A DNA stretch of 64,000 nucleotides from Patescibacteria group bacterium (GCA_038062675.1 JBBTWP010000005.1:43844-107843); one strand, 5' to 3'; counted from the stretch's first letter, positions 17,510 to 27,818 are shown. The notes: generated from the sequence alone by a model not told the origin. Translations and numbers: made by a program.

Positions 17510-18322
17510 CTATTTTTCAATCTCGAACGTGGTACCATACCCAAAATTCCTCAAAACGCCATTTTTTTTATGAGCATCAAAAAATTTTATGAACGGTAAT
17601 AAAAATTCAAAATAAGGCAAACAAATACTCGATGCTTCATACGAAATTAATTTATAGCCATTCTTTTTGATTTTTCTTTTCATAACCCAGGGGAATCTGA
17701 AAACATGCGGGACTCCATCATTCCCCGCATATGATTCGTCGACACCCTCCTGGTTCAATATGAGAGCACGGCACATTTTTAAAAAACCAAAAGGTAGTGC
17801 AACAAAAGACCTCACCCCTTTCAAATAAAACCATCCGTGCCCAACCTGTACCAAAGAACACATGTTCAAGATTGTTGGTATCGCAACAACAGCGCGTTTC
17901 TTAGTGACCCTCATTATCTCTCTTAACCCCTGATCAAAATCAGGGAGATGTTCAAGTACGTGTGAGCTCACCACGAGATCAAACGTACTATCTGGAAATG
18001 GCAATTTTTCTGCATCGCCAACCAAAAAATTCGTGTTCATTTCAACATTATTTTCAATTGCATACAATTTTGATTTTTCAACATTTGGCCTAGACAAATC
18101 ACAACCTGTCACCACTGCACCCTTTTTTGCCATCATTATAGAGAGCACTCCCTCACCACACCCTGCATCAAGCACCTTCATCCCGGGAGTAACGAAGTTC
18201 AGTATGCTTTCATATTGCTTAACGTGAGCATATTGTCGCAAACGATACGGTGAACGTAGCCTCTTATCTATAATTTCATCAGCATAATCGCTGTAAAAAT
18301 TTTTTATGTCTTTACTTTGCAT
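17510..18322 (-). CDS. class I SAM-dependent methyltransferase
   Basis: Motif I is VLDAGCGEGVLSIMM. An acidic motif follows: DLVVSSHVLEHLPD. Confidence 0.82.
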   Translation of the reverse strand: MQSKDIKNFYSDYADEIIDKRLRSPYRLRQYAHVKQYESILNFVTPGMKVLDAGCGEGVLSIMMAKKGAVVTGCDLSRPNVEKSKLYAIENNVEMNTNFLVGDAEKLPFPDSTFDLVVSSHVLEHLPDFDQGLREIMRVTKKRAVVAIPTILNMCSLVQVGHGWFYLKGVRSFVALPFGFLKMCRALILNQEGVDESYAGNDGVPHVFRFPWVMKRKIKKNGYKLISYEASSICLPYFEFLLPFIKFFDAHKKNGVLRNFGYGTTFEIEK

Positions 18323-19475
18323 TTCTTTTTGTAAGCGCAGTGTACACTTCTACGGTCTTTTTACCAATAGCGACCCAACTTAATTCTTGCTCCGCATATC
18401 GTAAGGCAGCGGACACTCGTTTACTGTCGGGGGTCAAGATACTTTCACTAATAGCATCCGCCAGTTCTTGATATCGCTCATTCTCAAGAGAGAGCGGTGC
18501 GTCGTAATTAGACCCTTCCCACGACACAAGCCGCACAAGTCTCCCCCTTTCTTCATTTTTACCAAGGAGTTCTGGAAGTCCTCCAACTCTACTTGCCACA
18601 ATACTCTTCCCCATCCCCATGGCCTCTGCGCACGCAATACTCGATGACTCCGCAGTCGATGGGAACACTACTGTATCAGCAAGCTTAAGATATGCAGGAA
18701 TTTTATCATTCTCGACTGACCCAAGTACATCAACGTACTCATGAATACCGAGGTCATTAATCCGACTTTCAATATATTCCCTCATTCTACCGTCTCCGAT
18801 CATAATATATTTTAAACTTGGAACCTTTTTCACAATAAAAGGAATTGCTTCCACTAAAAAATGAATTCCATTTTTGGGAACAAGGCGACGCACCGTAACA
18901 ACAACACGAGTATTCTCATATTGTCGTTTCAAGCTGACTGGTATTTCAACTTTTCTATTAAACATTTCTGTATTGTATCCATTCAAAACAATACTAATTT
19001 TTTTATTAGGGACATATTTTCGTGCAACCTGAGCAAGATCATCCGAAGTAGAAATAATATGCGTTGAAAAAACGAGAGATATGTATCGATACAATGAATG
19101 GGCGCTGCGATAAACAAATTCAGCGTTGGGAATATCAAGCGTACCAAGCCCGTGCAATACTACTACGACAGGAATATTGCGTAATCTCCCGACAATACTT
19201 GCAATGGCAGCAAGGCGATAAGAATAATGACAATGAATTATATCTACTCCTTTTGATTCACGCCAAAGTAACCCGAAGAGTGACGGGATTCCACTTCTAC
19301 TCCACGGGATTCTGACCACAGGGTGATTGTTTTCAAAATCGCTTGTCTTGATTTCGTTTGTTACTAAAGTAATCTTATGCCCACCTTTCTCAAGCTCTTC
19401 AATTAAATTTTTAACATGAATTTCCGCTCCGCCGATCAGAGGGAGGAATGTGTCGCTGGTCATCAATATTTTCAT
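18312..19475 (-). CDS. GT4 family glycosyltransferase (GT-B fold)
   Basis: The N-terminus is MKILMTSDTFLPLIGGAEIHVKNL. The C-terminal domain carries the E-x7-E-like sugar-donor motif region ...IACAEAMGMGKSIVASRVGGLPELL. Confidence 0.88.
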   Translation of the reverse strand: MKILMTSDTFLPLIGGAEIHVKNLIEELEKGGHKITLVTNEIKTSDFENNHPVVRIPWSRSGIPSLFGLLWRESKGVDIIHCHYSYRLAAIASIVGRLRNIPVVVVLHGLGTLDIPNAEFVYRSAHSLYRYISLVFSTHIISTSDDLAQVARKYVPNKKISIVLNGYNTEMFNRKVEIPVSLKRQYENTRVVVTVRRLVPKNGIHFLVEAIPFIVKKVPSLKYIMIGDGRMREYIESRINDLGIHEYVDVLGSVENDKIPAYLKLADTVVFPSTAESSSIACAEAMGMGKSIVASRVGGLPELLGKNEERGRLVRLVSWEGSNYDAPLSLENERYQELADAISESILTPDSKRVSAALRYAEQELSWVAIGKKTVEVYTALTKRNAK

Positions 19476-20575
19476 ATATGTTTCAAAATAATATCAAGCA
19501 TTTTTTGAGAAGCGTCCCCTTTTCCAAAAGGTGACCCCCATTTTATTGAGTGTTCATTGTCCATTATTTCCTGGACACACTTCAAAATGCGTTTTTGAGA
19601 AACACCAGCGATACGATTTCCTCCCCCTACAAGTGTTTCGGGTCGCTCTGTATTATCACGCAAGGTTACGCAGGGAACCCTTAGAATCGATGCCTCCTCT
19701 TGTAGTCCCCCTGAATCCGTGAGAACTATTCGAGCATTACTGCTCAATTGAAGAAAATCAAGATACCCAACAGGCTCAATAAACTTAATTGCATTATCAA
19801 CATGAAGTCCGAAATATTTGATCATCTTGCTTGCGCGGGGATGTATCGGGAAAATAACAGGCATACTATATTTCTGAGTAATAAGCATGAGTCCGTTGAG
19901 GACGGACTGGAATCGCGCTTTGTCATCAACATTTTCCTGACGATGCGCAGTCACTAAAAAATATCCCTTTGGGGATAATTCCATTTTTTTCAAGATGCGA
20001 GAAGCTCTGGCGGTTTTCGTGTTTTGCATCACTGCATCAACAACAGTATTTCCCACAAGAAATATTTTTTTAGTGCTGATGTTTTCTTTTATTAAATTAT
20101 TTTTTGAGTCTTTTGTTGGAGTGAACAAAAAATCGGAGATATGATCAACCATCACCCGATTTAACTCCTCAGGCATTTGGCGATCATAAGATCGTAACCC
20201 CGCCTCAATATGCCCAACTGGGATATGGAGCTTCACCGCAGCTAGTGCGCCCGCTAAAACAGTATTTGTATCCCCTTGAACAAGAACGATGCTTGGTTTT
20301 TCTTTTACCAAGATTTCTTCTATCTCGATAAGCATTTTCCCCGTTTGTCCACCATGGGACCCTGAACCAGTCTGTAAGTTGTATTTTGCGGATGGCAAAT
20401 TCAGGTCTTTAAAAAAAACTTTATCAAGATTCTCAGAATAGTGTTGGTGGGTATGCAGTACAAAAAATGGCACTTTTCGCTTGATGCATTCGTGAATAAC
20501 GGGTGCCATTTTGACTATTTCGGGTCGAGTCCCAAAGACAAAACAAATCTGTTTATTTTTAGTATTTTTCATCAT
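19472..20575 (-). CDS. wecB: UDP-N-acetylglucosamine 2-epimerase (non-hydrolysing), WecB/MnaA family
   Basis: ICFVFGTRPEIVKMAPV...LVQGDTNTVLAGALAAVKLHIPVGHIEAGLRSYDRQMPEELNRVMVDHISD is a canonical epimerase_2 core. The start is placed at ATG 20575 (MMKNTKNK...), giving an ATGA overlap with the upstream gene. Confidence 0.9.
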   Translation of the reverse strand: MMKNTKNKQICFVFGTRPEIVKMAPVIHECIKRKVPFFVLHTHQHYSENLDKVFFKDLNLPSAKYNLQTGSGSHGGQTGKMLIEIEEILVKEKPSIVLVQGDTNTVLAGALAAVKLHIPVGHIEAGLRSYDRQMPEELNRVMVDHISDFLFTPTKDSKNNLIKENISTKKIFLVGNTVVDAVMQNTKTARASRILKKMELSPKGYFLVTAHRQENVDDKARFQSVLNGLMLITQKYSMPVIFPIHPRASKMIKYFGLHVDNAIKFIEPVGYLDFLQLSSNARIVLTDSGGLQEEASILRVPCVTLRDNTERPETLVGGGNRIAGVSQKRILKCVQEIMDNEHSIKWGSPFGKGDASQKMLDIILKHI

Positions 20576-21717
20576 ATCCCAATAAATGATAGTATCGTAG
20601 CGGCTCGTCTGTCCCATGTATATCTCTGCACATCTTTGCATGCTTGTTCTGCAATACTAGCCGAAAAGTCTTTATTTTTCAAGAGAGACAGTATACCGTT
20701 CAACAGACCATCAATATCTTCATTCTTGACAACAAGAGCGTTGCTTTCATTTAATATTTCTCTCACCGACGGCAGGTCTGAAGTAATAATCGGCACACCG
20801 CTCGCCATATACTCAAAAAGCTTAAGTGGTGACATGTAAAGTGCATAGTGTGGCATATTAGGATAGTTCATCACAAGTACGTCAGACGCTTTCATATACA
20901 TGAATGCTTCTTTCTGGGGAATATGTGTAACGATTTTATAATATTCCTCATCTACTCCTGCTCGCTGAAATACTTTTTTCACCTCCTCGACTTCATTCTC
21001 ATTTATCCCGACGAGAAGCAAGAACGCTTTTGGTAAAGCAGGTAAAACTTTTGAAAAACTAACGATGAGGTCATCGACCCCTTTTGGCTCGCCCATAGTT
21101 TTGTACTTACCAATATAGCCGATAATTTTTTTATCCCAAGGCAAACCTAAACGTCCCCTCAATTCTACTTGATTTTCCCCCATATTGAACTGCTTGATAT
21201 CCACCCCATCCGGCGCAACAAGTATCTTTCCTTTATTTACATCTTTTGTGACGTAAAAATCTTTGAGCCCTTGTGTGATTGAGATAATACCAAGCGCGGT
21301 CTGCAATACGCGAGCAGCAAAGAAATTTTCTTTTTTAGTGTGCGTTTCCCAAAAAATATTCTTTTTGAAGAAACCGATAAGGAACAGCGTCAATTCGTCG
21401 CGGGAATAGATTACTTGGGCATTTTTCGACAAAAGTGTGTAAAAAAATGCAAAAAAAGCAAATGAGGATGTTTGTATCCAGAAGCCGATTCTCCCTAGCA
21501 TAATGAGGTCAAGTGATGGAATTTTAGTAATTGTGAATTTTTTCTCCACCCCATAGTAAACAAAGGGGTCTTCCTTTATTTTGTTGAAGCGCCACGGAAC
21601 AACGAGCTCAACGGTTGCCCCAGCCGTGTTCGCGAAAGCTTCACACATCTTCATAATCTGGATACCGTGTGCTTTTTCTGTGGGCAATCGTATATTTGCG
21701 AGATAAATTAATTTCAT
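20572..21717 (-). CDS. GT4 family glycosyltransferase
   Basis: The N-terminus is MKLIYLANIRLPTEKAHGIQIM. The GT-B C-terminal domain is ...LFEYMASGVPIITSDLPSVREIL. Confidence 0.85.
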   Translation of the reverse strand: MKLIYLANIRLPTEKAHGIQIMKMCEAFANTAGATVELVVPWRFNKIKEDPFVYYGVEKKFTITKIPSLDLIMLGRIGFWIQTSSFAFFAFFYTLLSKNAQVIYSRDELTLFLIGFFKKNIFWETHTKKENFFAARVLQTALGIISITQGLKDFYVTKDVNKGKILVAPDGVDIKQFNMGENQVELRGRLGLPWDKKIIGYIGKYKTMGEPKGVDDLIVSFSKVLPALPKAFLLLVGINENEVEEVKKVFQRAGVDEEYYKIVTHIPQKEAFMYMKASDVLVMNYPNMPHYALYMSPLKLFEYMASGVPIITSDLPSVREILNESNALVVKNEDIDGLLNGILSLLKNKDFSASIAEQACKDVQRYTWDRRAATILSFIGI

Positions 21718-21718
21718 C

Positions 21719-22516
21719 TTATTTTTTGACCTTTACCAGAGAAATGAAGGCTTCTTTTATCAGCCAAATATGATAACAAGCATTATACCATTCATACAAA
21801 AACGGCATCCTCTTCCCTGATCCTCTCATAAATGTTAGCGCGTATTTGATTAAGTACTTCACAAAAATCAAAGAATTACTAAGAAAAAGACCTGAGAACG
21901 TCTTGGGTGTGACCTTCATGGTGTGAATTTGCATTTGGGCGTAGTTGTACCATTTTTTCTTTAGGGTACTGATATCACCCATAGGAACATACTCCGGGTT
22001 TTTCAATATTCCTATTTCGTATCCTTCTTTTACACTGATTCTTTCGTGAATTTTTTTTATGAAACCAAAAGTTGCCGGAATATAGAAAAAACGTAGTTGG
22101 TAATTAGGATACATAGAGGAACGCTCAACAACCTCGCCGTTTACCACATATTTTCTTGGTAATTTATACGCGTAGTGGATGTTATTTTGTTCTTGATTCA
22201 CAATCTCACGCATCTCAGCTACCGCCTCAGGAGAGAGGTATTCATCGCTGTCGATAAAAAGAAACCACGGGTATCTCGCCTGCTTGACCCCCTTGTTGCG
22301 AACTGCTGAGAAATCGTTAATCTTCACCTCTTTTTCTCGTGCATCAGTTTGAGGGATAACGCAGGCACCGTATTTTTCTGCAAGCGCAACCGTCCCGTCA
22401 GTGCTACCGCCGTCAAGAATAATTATATCTTCAAAATCGCGTACACTTTCGAGACAACGCTTTAATGTCTTTTCAGAGTTTAGGGTCAAAATTTCTACAC
22501 TGCAAGGTATTTTCAT
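21719..22516 (-). CDS. GT2 family glycosyltransferase
   Basis: SVEILTLNSEKTLKRCLESV...IIILDGGSTDGT and a DxD motif (FIDSDE). Confidence 0.85.
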   Translation of the reverse strand: MKIPCSVEILTLNSEKTLKRCLESVRDFEDIIILDGGSTDGTVALAEKYGACVIPQTDAREKEVKINDFSAVRNKGVKQARYPWFLFIDSDEYLSPEAVAEMREIVNQEQNNIHYAYKLPRKYVVNGEVVERSSMYPNYQLRFFYIPATFGFIKKIHERISVKEGYEIGILKNPEYVPMGDISTLKKKWYNYAQMQIHTMKVTPKTFSGLFLSNSLIFVKYLIKYALTFMRGSGKRMPFLYEWYNACYHIWLIKEAFISLVKVKK

Positions 22517-22521
22517 AAAAA

Positions 22522-24399
22522 TTATTCCATAAAACGCTTATACCAAATTTGAAAAGTAAAAATTGACCACAGGGTGTTTAGAGCGTACTTTTGTCCTGAT
22601 TGATGATCTTTTAAAATTTTTTGAATTGCATTAAAGTCAAACATATCTTTCGTGCCCACACAATAAGAAGGGGACAAGACTTCTTCAAAATAACCCTTCA
22701 AGTCTCCTCGTATCCATTTCGCTGCAGGGGAAAACCACCCCCATTTTGGCTGATCTAGAACAAAGTCTGGCAAATATGCCGACATCGCCCTTTTGAGGAT
22801 ATCCTTTCCTTTATATCCAGTGCCTGCTTTTCCTATATGGATTCCTTTTCCTCCTATTTTGTATTCTAAAGGGATGCGGTCCGCCAATTCCACCAAACGA
22901 TGATCCAAAAAAGGAACGCGTTGCTCAAGCCCTGAGGCCATAGACATTTTGTCGGACCTCACGAGTGATTCGCTTGGCAACCACGAAAGCAGGTCAGTTC
23001 GCATAAACTGCCTCGTGAAATTCTTTTTATCTACGGTATTAAAATATAGTTTTTTATACCATTCTGCAGTCGCGGCAGGATTGTTGTATTCACGGCAAAG
23101 AAACAACTCTATCTGATCTTCTTTCTGAGAAAGGAAATTCAAATACCGAGAAACTCCTGGTGGTGTGTTTATTTTTTCATAGAGACTACTTTTGCCCACT
23201 ATATCAAAGATAATTTCTGTTACTATATTTTTTCTTAAAAACTTTGGTATTTTTTGGAAACGATCTATTAAATAATTATAATAATAGCGTTCATACCCCC
23301 CGAATAATTCATCTCCCCCATCCCCACCCAACACAACCGCTACCTGTTTTGAAGCTTCACGTGCAAGCAAAAGATTTACTGCCTGTACATGGTTTGAGAT
23401 TGGCTCATCCATGTGGTATATGGAGTCCTCCAGACTATTTTTAATATCTTTCGGCGAAAGAATATATTCGTTGTGAATTGTTCCAAAATGATGGGCTGTT
23501 TTTCGTGCAACTTTTGCATCATTATTATACTTCTCTGCCTGTGCTGTTTCCTCAAATCCAACGGAGAATGTTTTTATATTTTTTGAGAATGAGCTAGCTA
23601 CGCCGGCAATAATTGTTGAATCGATGCCACCAGACAAAAATACTCCTACAGGACGATCGGAGACCAACTGCATCTTGATTGAGTCAGTAAGTAAATTTGA
23701 GATTTCAGACTCTAAATATTCCCTGTCATAAATGAGTGGTTTCTCCTCCATCTCCCAATATCGCTTAATTTCCATTTTTCCTCTTTCAACAACAGCGTAA
23801 TGCCCTGGCTCAAGTTTGTAAACATTTTCCCAAATAGTAAGAGGGGCAGGAACGTATAAAAGGCGAAAGTAAATATTTAATGCATCTTTATTTATAGTTT
23901 TATCTATCTTGTGCTTAAAAATAGCTTTTGCTTCTGAAGAAAAGATAAATACTCCCTCCTTATGGTAATAATAAAGTGGTTTTATGCCTACTCTGTCGCG
24001 CGCCAAAAATAACCGGCCTGTTTGATTGTCCAATATAGCAAAAGCAAACATCCCATTGAATTTCTCAAGGCAATCACTCCCCCATTCTTCGTATGCACAC
24101 AAAATTACTTCTGTATCAGTATCTGACACAAAGACATACCCTTTCGCAATAAGTTCTTTTCTTATATCTAAAAAATTATAGATTTCTCCATTATAAACAA
24201 TGGTATATCGCTTATCCTTGCCATGCATTGGTTGATGACCAGCTTGGCTTAAGTCAATAATCGACAAACGATTATGGCCGAGGGAGTAATTTGCAGACAA
24301 AAACACGCCCGCATCGTCCGGACCACGATGCTTCGTTGTTTCATTCATTTCGTGAATCAAGCCCTTATCTATGAAATTGAATCCGTTTATGCCACACAT
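22522..24399 (-). CDS. asnB: asparagine synthase (glutamine-hydrolysing)-family amidotransferase
   Basis: N-terminal nucleophile MCGINGF, a GATase-2 domain, then an ATP-pyrophosphatase PP-loop (VGVFLSGGIDSTIIAG). In glycan clusters such AsnB-like enzymes commonly amidate uronic acids. Confidence 0.9.
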   Translation of the reverse strand: MCGINGFNFIDKGLIHEMNETTKHRGPDDAGVFLSANYSLGHNRLSIIDLSQAGHQPMHGKDKRYTIVYNGEIYNFLDIRKELIAKGYVFVSDTDTEVILCAYEEWGSDCLEKFNGMFAFAILDNQTGRLFLARDRVGIKPLYYYHKEGVFIFSSEAKAIFKHKIDKTINKDALNIYFRLLYVPAPLTIWENVYKLEPGHYAVVERGKMEIKRYWEMEEKPLIYDREYLESEISNLLTDSIKMQLVSDRPVGVFLSGGIDSTIIAGVASSFSKNIKTFSVGFEETAQAEKYNNDAKVARKTAHHFGTIHNEYILSPKDIKNSLEDSIYHMDEPISNHVQAVNLLLAREASKQVAVVLGGDGGDELFGGYERYYYNYLIDRFQKIPKFLRKNIVTEIIFDIVGKSSLYEKINTPPGVSRYLNFLSQKEDQIELFLCREYNNPAATAEWYKKLYFNTVDKKNFTRQFMRTDLLSWLPSESLVRSDKMSMASGLEQRVPFLDHRLVELADRIPLEYKIGGKGIHIGKAGTGYKGKDILKRAMSAYLPDFVLDQPKWGWFSPAAKWIRGDLKGYFEEVLSPSYCVGTKDMFDFNAIQKILKDHQSGQKYALNTLWSIFTFQIWYKRFME

Positions 24400-24423
24400 G
24401 ATTGCTTTGTATTATACAATGAG

Positions 24424-25176
24424 TTAATCATTATCCCCAAAACTTGGTTTAGAAAAAATATCGTCCAGACTTGCCTTTCGTGCAACTACACCTATTTGCT
24501 GCCCAGATTGAGGAAAAATCTTCATAAAGAGCTTGGCAAATATATTTCTGGTTTTCCCAACATAAGCAATATTCTCTATTTTGAATCCGTGCATATTGAG
24601 AATTTGCCGAAGCATTGCCGGTCCAAAAAATATTTTATGCTGTGGTTGAGTAAGCAACCTTTTTTCAGTATTACGCAACACCAAAAAATTGTCTTTTGTT
24701 TCATTGTAGGTTAATTCTGACACATCACCTAACGAATCTTTTTTTCTAAAATAAATACGAAATACATTGATATAGCTAAAAACATTAGGGGTATCTATAA
24801 TCAGCTGTCCATCATCCTTAAGTATGCGCGCGCACTCCGAAATAATTTCTCCTGGCCTCCACGAGTGTTCAATAATTTCTCCGGCATAAATACAATCAAA
24901 CATCTTGTCTGGCACAACTCCCGAAAGATTGTGCAGATCTCCGATGTATTGATTCTTAATACCAAGCTTTTCCGCCAGATTCTTGTTAACATCAAGCCCA
25001 AAATATTCACCGCCATTGGATTCAACCATTTTTTCTAAATCAATATTTTTTTCGCCATCGCCCAAATTGCCAACATCTAATAGTTTCACTTTCTTCCCAT
25101 TCAAAAAATGAGCGACGTACTCCGTCCTAGACGGAAAAAATAGTGCTTCTTTTATACTAAAAAAAATATTTCTCAT
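24424..25176 (-). CDS. class I SAM-dependent methyltransferase
   Basis: Motif I is LLDVGNLGDGE (degenerate), followed by a DxxxxxGxxE-like segment (YAGEIIEHSWRPGEII). Low-GC. Confidence 0.7.
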   Translation of the reverse strand: MRNIFFSIKEALFFPSRTEYVAHFLNGKKVKLLDVGNLGDGEKNIDLEKMVESNGGEYFGLDVNKNLAEKLGIKNQYIGDLHNLSGVVPDKMFDCIYAGEIIEHSWRPGEIISECARILKDDGQLIIDTPNVFSYINVFRIYFRKKDSLGDVSELTYNETKDNFLVLRNTEKRLLTQPQHKIFFGPAMLRQILNMHGFKIENIAYVGKTRNIFAKLFMKIFPQSGQQIGVVARKASLDDIFSKPSFGDND

Positions 25177-25190
25177 ACAGTAAATTATTA

Positions 25191-26246
25191 TTATTTAAAC
25201 CTAGTTAATATCTCCACAATTCTCTTAGCTGTTTTACCGTCCCATAAAGGTATCGCTGTTTTTTGTTGACCTATGCGACGCTTCTTATAAGCCTTAAGGA
25301 TGTCTGCCTTCCGCGTGCCAGCAACAATATTTGTGCCGCAAGTCACCGTAATTGGCCTTTCTGTCTCATCGCGCAGTGTTATGCATGGGGTTCCCAGAAA
25401 ACTTGATTCCTCTTGCACTCCACCAGAGTCTGTAAGAACAAGCTTTGCATTTTTTTGATAAAAAAGAGATTCCTTATAGGAAAGTGGCGGGAGTAAGGAA
25501 AAAATCTTTTTCATTCTTTCGGTTAACTTAAACTTCTTTGCCATTTTTTCTGTTCGCGGATGAAGGGGTAAGTAGACCTTGTTGTTCTGCGCGATAATTT
25601 CAAGCGCATCGAGTATCCCACTGAACCTTTCTTTGTCATCCACGTTTTCCGCTCGGTGAAGCGTGCAGAAATAAAATTCTTCATTTGTTTTTTTCACTTC
25701 AGGCAAAAACATTTTAAGAGTATCAATCATGATGTTGCCAACAAAATAAACAGCACCATTTATTTTTTCTTTCTTTAAATTTTCTATTCCATTTTCTTCA
25801 GTAACAAAAAGCACATCAGATATCTGGTCAACAATAATCCGATTGATTTCCTCTGGCATTGTTCGGTTAAATGAACGTAGCCCTGCCTCTATGTGTGCAA
25901 GGGGAATCCCCATTTTGTTTGCCACAATCGCCCCAGCAAGTGTTGAATTAACATCACCCACCACTGCAACAAAAGAAGGTTTTTCTTTTTCAAAAATCTT
26001 ACCGAGCTCTGCTACGATTGCCGAAAATTGCGCTATCGCAGATGTGCGGGGAGGGTTAATAGTATAATGTGGCTTAATCCCGAATTCCCTTAGCAAATCT
26101 TCTGACATCTCTGTAGTGAAATGTTGCCCAGTATTTATAAGTGAATGCTTAATGTTTAATCTTTTTAATTCATGACAAAGAGGCGCAACTTTCATAAAAT
26201 TTGGTCTTGCGCCCGCTATTATCATAATGTTGTCTTTATTTTTCAT
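25191..26246 (-). CDS. UDP-N-acetylglucosamine 2-epimerase, second WecB-family paralog
   Basis: MIIAGARPNFMKVAPL...VVGDVNSTLAGAIVANKMGIPLAHIEAGLRSFNRTMPEEINRIIVDQISD is alignable throughout with the 19472-20575 paralog but clearly diverged. Confidence 0.88.
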   Translation of the reverse strand: MKNKDNIMIIAGARPNFMKVAPLCHELKRLNIKHSLINTGQHFTTEMSEDLLREFGIKPHYTINPPRTSAIAQFSAIVAELGKIFEKEKPSFVAVVGDVNSTLAGAIVANKMGIPLAHIEAGLRSFNRTMPEEINRIIVDQISDVLFVTEENGIENLKKEKINGAVYFVGNIMIDTLKMFLPEVKKTNEEFYFCTLHRAENVDDKERFSGILDALEIIAQNNKVYLPLHPRTEKMAKKFKLTERMKKIFSLLPPLSYKESLFYQKNAKLVLTDSGGVQEESSFLGTPCITLRDETERPITVTCGTNIVAGTRKADILKAYKKRRIGQQKTAIPLWDGKTAKRIVEILTRFK

Positions 26247-26255
26247 GACGGAGCG

Positions 26256-27263
26256 CTAATTATCTTCTGCGATTAATTTGCCTATTTTGCCAACAAGAGA
26301 CTTGAGGCTGTGCCCCTCTTCAACAATATCCCTCAGTTGATTCGCCTTATATCGTGACAATTCTCCAGAAAGGATAAACTTTGCAATATCTTCAGGGTTC
26401 TCACTATTGGGACAAATCGAAAGTCCGATAGCTTTTGAATTTCTTGGGGTAGTAACTGGGTATATACCAAAAATCATACCCTCAAGCATTGTTTTATCTA
26501 TCGTTTCTCGGGCCATGTTAATCATCACTCTATATGATGGGTAAATATTTTTTAGGTTGCCCATAGAAACGGGTCCTTTGAAGATCACTCTTTCCCTAAG
26601 ACCCTCTTTTTTTACCAATGCCTCGAGTTCCGCGTAGTAATCCTTCTCCACATCTCTACCATAGACAGTAAGTGTATATTCCTCGGGGAGATACTTTAAC
26701 GTAAGAATTCCTAGCTCTAATCGTTTAGAGCGACAAATACGGTGAACAGAAACAAGGTCAAAGGGAGATGCATTATTTTCTTTAGGAATACCGTCTTTCC
26801 AAAAATCAATATCTATGCCATGCCCGACTATGGTCTTTTTTGGATTACCTTCGTATTGAGGTAAGCTCTGTGGTGTCGCTGCAAACATTCTCTTACATAA
26901 AATACCAGATATCCACAAATGTATGTGCGTAGTATAATGAGTGTACCAAAGATAGATTGGCTTACGCGAAAGGAACCAATACCAGCCACCAAGAGTGACA
27001 TATTCTGGATTCATGTGCACAAAGACCCTGTCATAGTCAAGAGAAAATATTAATTTTAAAAAAATAAAAATTCTTTTGATTTTTTTAAAGCCTTTTTCCT
27101 TTCCCAAAGAAAATACTGGGAACGAGCCATCAAAATCCCCTTTTTCAAGACATATAACCTTAACTGATGCACCTTGATTAATAAACTCCTTGATCCACAA
27201 AATAACAAAAGCTAAGTCATCGTCGTTCTCGTTGATTTTCTGAGTAATAAAAAGTAGCCGCAT
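26256..27263 (-). CDS. glycosyltransferase (GT-B-like), low-GC
   Basis: 335 aa. Its N-terminus MRLLFITQKINENDDDLAFVILWIKEF... is homologous to the remnant ORF at 27282-27542. A C-terminal GT-B-like region follows. Confidence 0.65.
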   Translation of the reverse strand: MRLLFITQKINENDDDLAFVILWIKEFINQGASVKVICLEKGDFDGSFPVFSLGKEKGFKKIKRIFIFLKLIFSLDYDRVFVHMNPEYVTLGGWYWFLSRKPIYLWYTHYTTHIHLWISGILCKRMFAATPQSLPQYEGNPKKTIVGHGIDIDFWKDGIPKENNASPFDLVSVHRICRSKRLELGILTLKYLPEEYTLTVYGRDVEKDYYAELEALVKKEGLRERVIFKGPVSMGNLKNIYPSYRVMINMARETIDKTMLEGMIFGIYPVTTPRNSKAIGLSICPNSENPEDIAKFILSGELSRYKANQLRDIVEEGHSLKSLVGKIGKLIAEDN

Positions 27264-27281
27264 ATAATTATACTAAATGAA

Positions 27282-27542
27282 TTACAAATATTTTACCACA
27301 GCACATACGCTCCTCAAACAGATCGACCTTTTTGAATTTCCGAGCCCACCTCTTTCTTGCGCGAATAATTCCTTACCCAACGAAAACACGCGCACGTTCT
27401 TCGGCAGATCATACTCACCAACCCCAAGTGCAATGACGGTCACCTGCTCTGCGTGCTTCGCAAACTCACGAATCCACCCATGGAAAAATCCGAGGATATC
27501 GTCATTCTGGTCGACTTTTTGGGTGAGGATAAGGAGTTTCAT
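27282..27542 (-). pseudogene. N-terminal remnant (about 60 aa homologous) of a glycosyltransferase paralogous to 26256-27263
   Basis: MKLLILTQKVDQNDDILGFFHGWIREFAKHAEQVTVIALGVGEYD...FSLGKE aligns with MRLLFITQKINENDDDLAFVILWIKEFINQGASVKVICLEKGDFD...FSLGKE, then goes out of frame. GC is about 50%, versus about 36% for the intact paralog. Confidence 0.7.
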
Positions 27543-27545
27543 TTT

Positions 27546-27815
27546 TTATTCAAAAAGGTCGGAATGGGTGCCAGTACGTACAAGTATAATATCATTATCA
27601 TCGTATTTCCAAATCAAAAGCCAATCAAATTCTATGTGGCATTCCCAGCACCCTTCATATTCACCATGTAACTTGTGCGGACGAAACCTATCAGTAAGCC
27701 GTCCATCATTTTCAAGAATAAGCACGACTGCTATCAGTTTTTCAATATCCTTGCCTCTACGTTTTATACGACGGATATCCTTATCAAACTGCGGTTTTGT
27801 AATACTGCGACGCAT
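27546..27815 (-). CDS. yafQ: type II toxin, YafQ/RelE-family mRNA interferase
   Basis: 89 aa. ...HKLHGEYEGCWECHIEFDWLLIWKYDDNDIILVRTGTHSDLFE matches the YafQ C-terminal catalytic region (H...EC HI..DWLLIY...RTG.HSDLF). Confidence 0.88.
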   Translation of the reverse strand: MRRSITKPQFDKDIRRIKRRGKDIEKLIAVVLILENDGRLTDRFRPHKLHGEYEGCWECHIEFDWLLIWKYDDNDIILVRTGTHSDLFE

Positions 27816-27818
27816 ATT

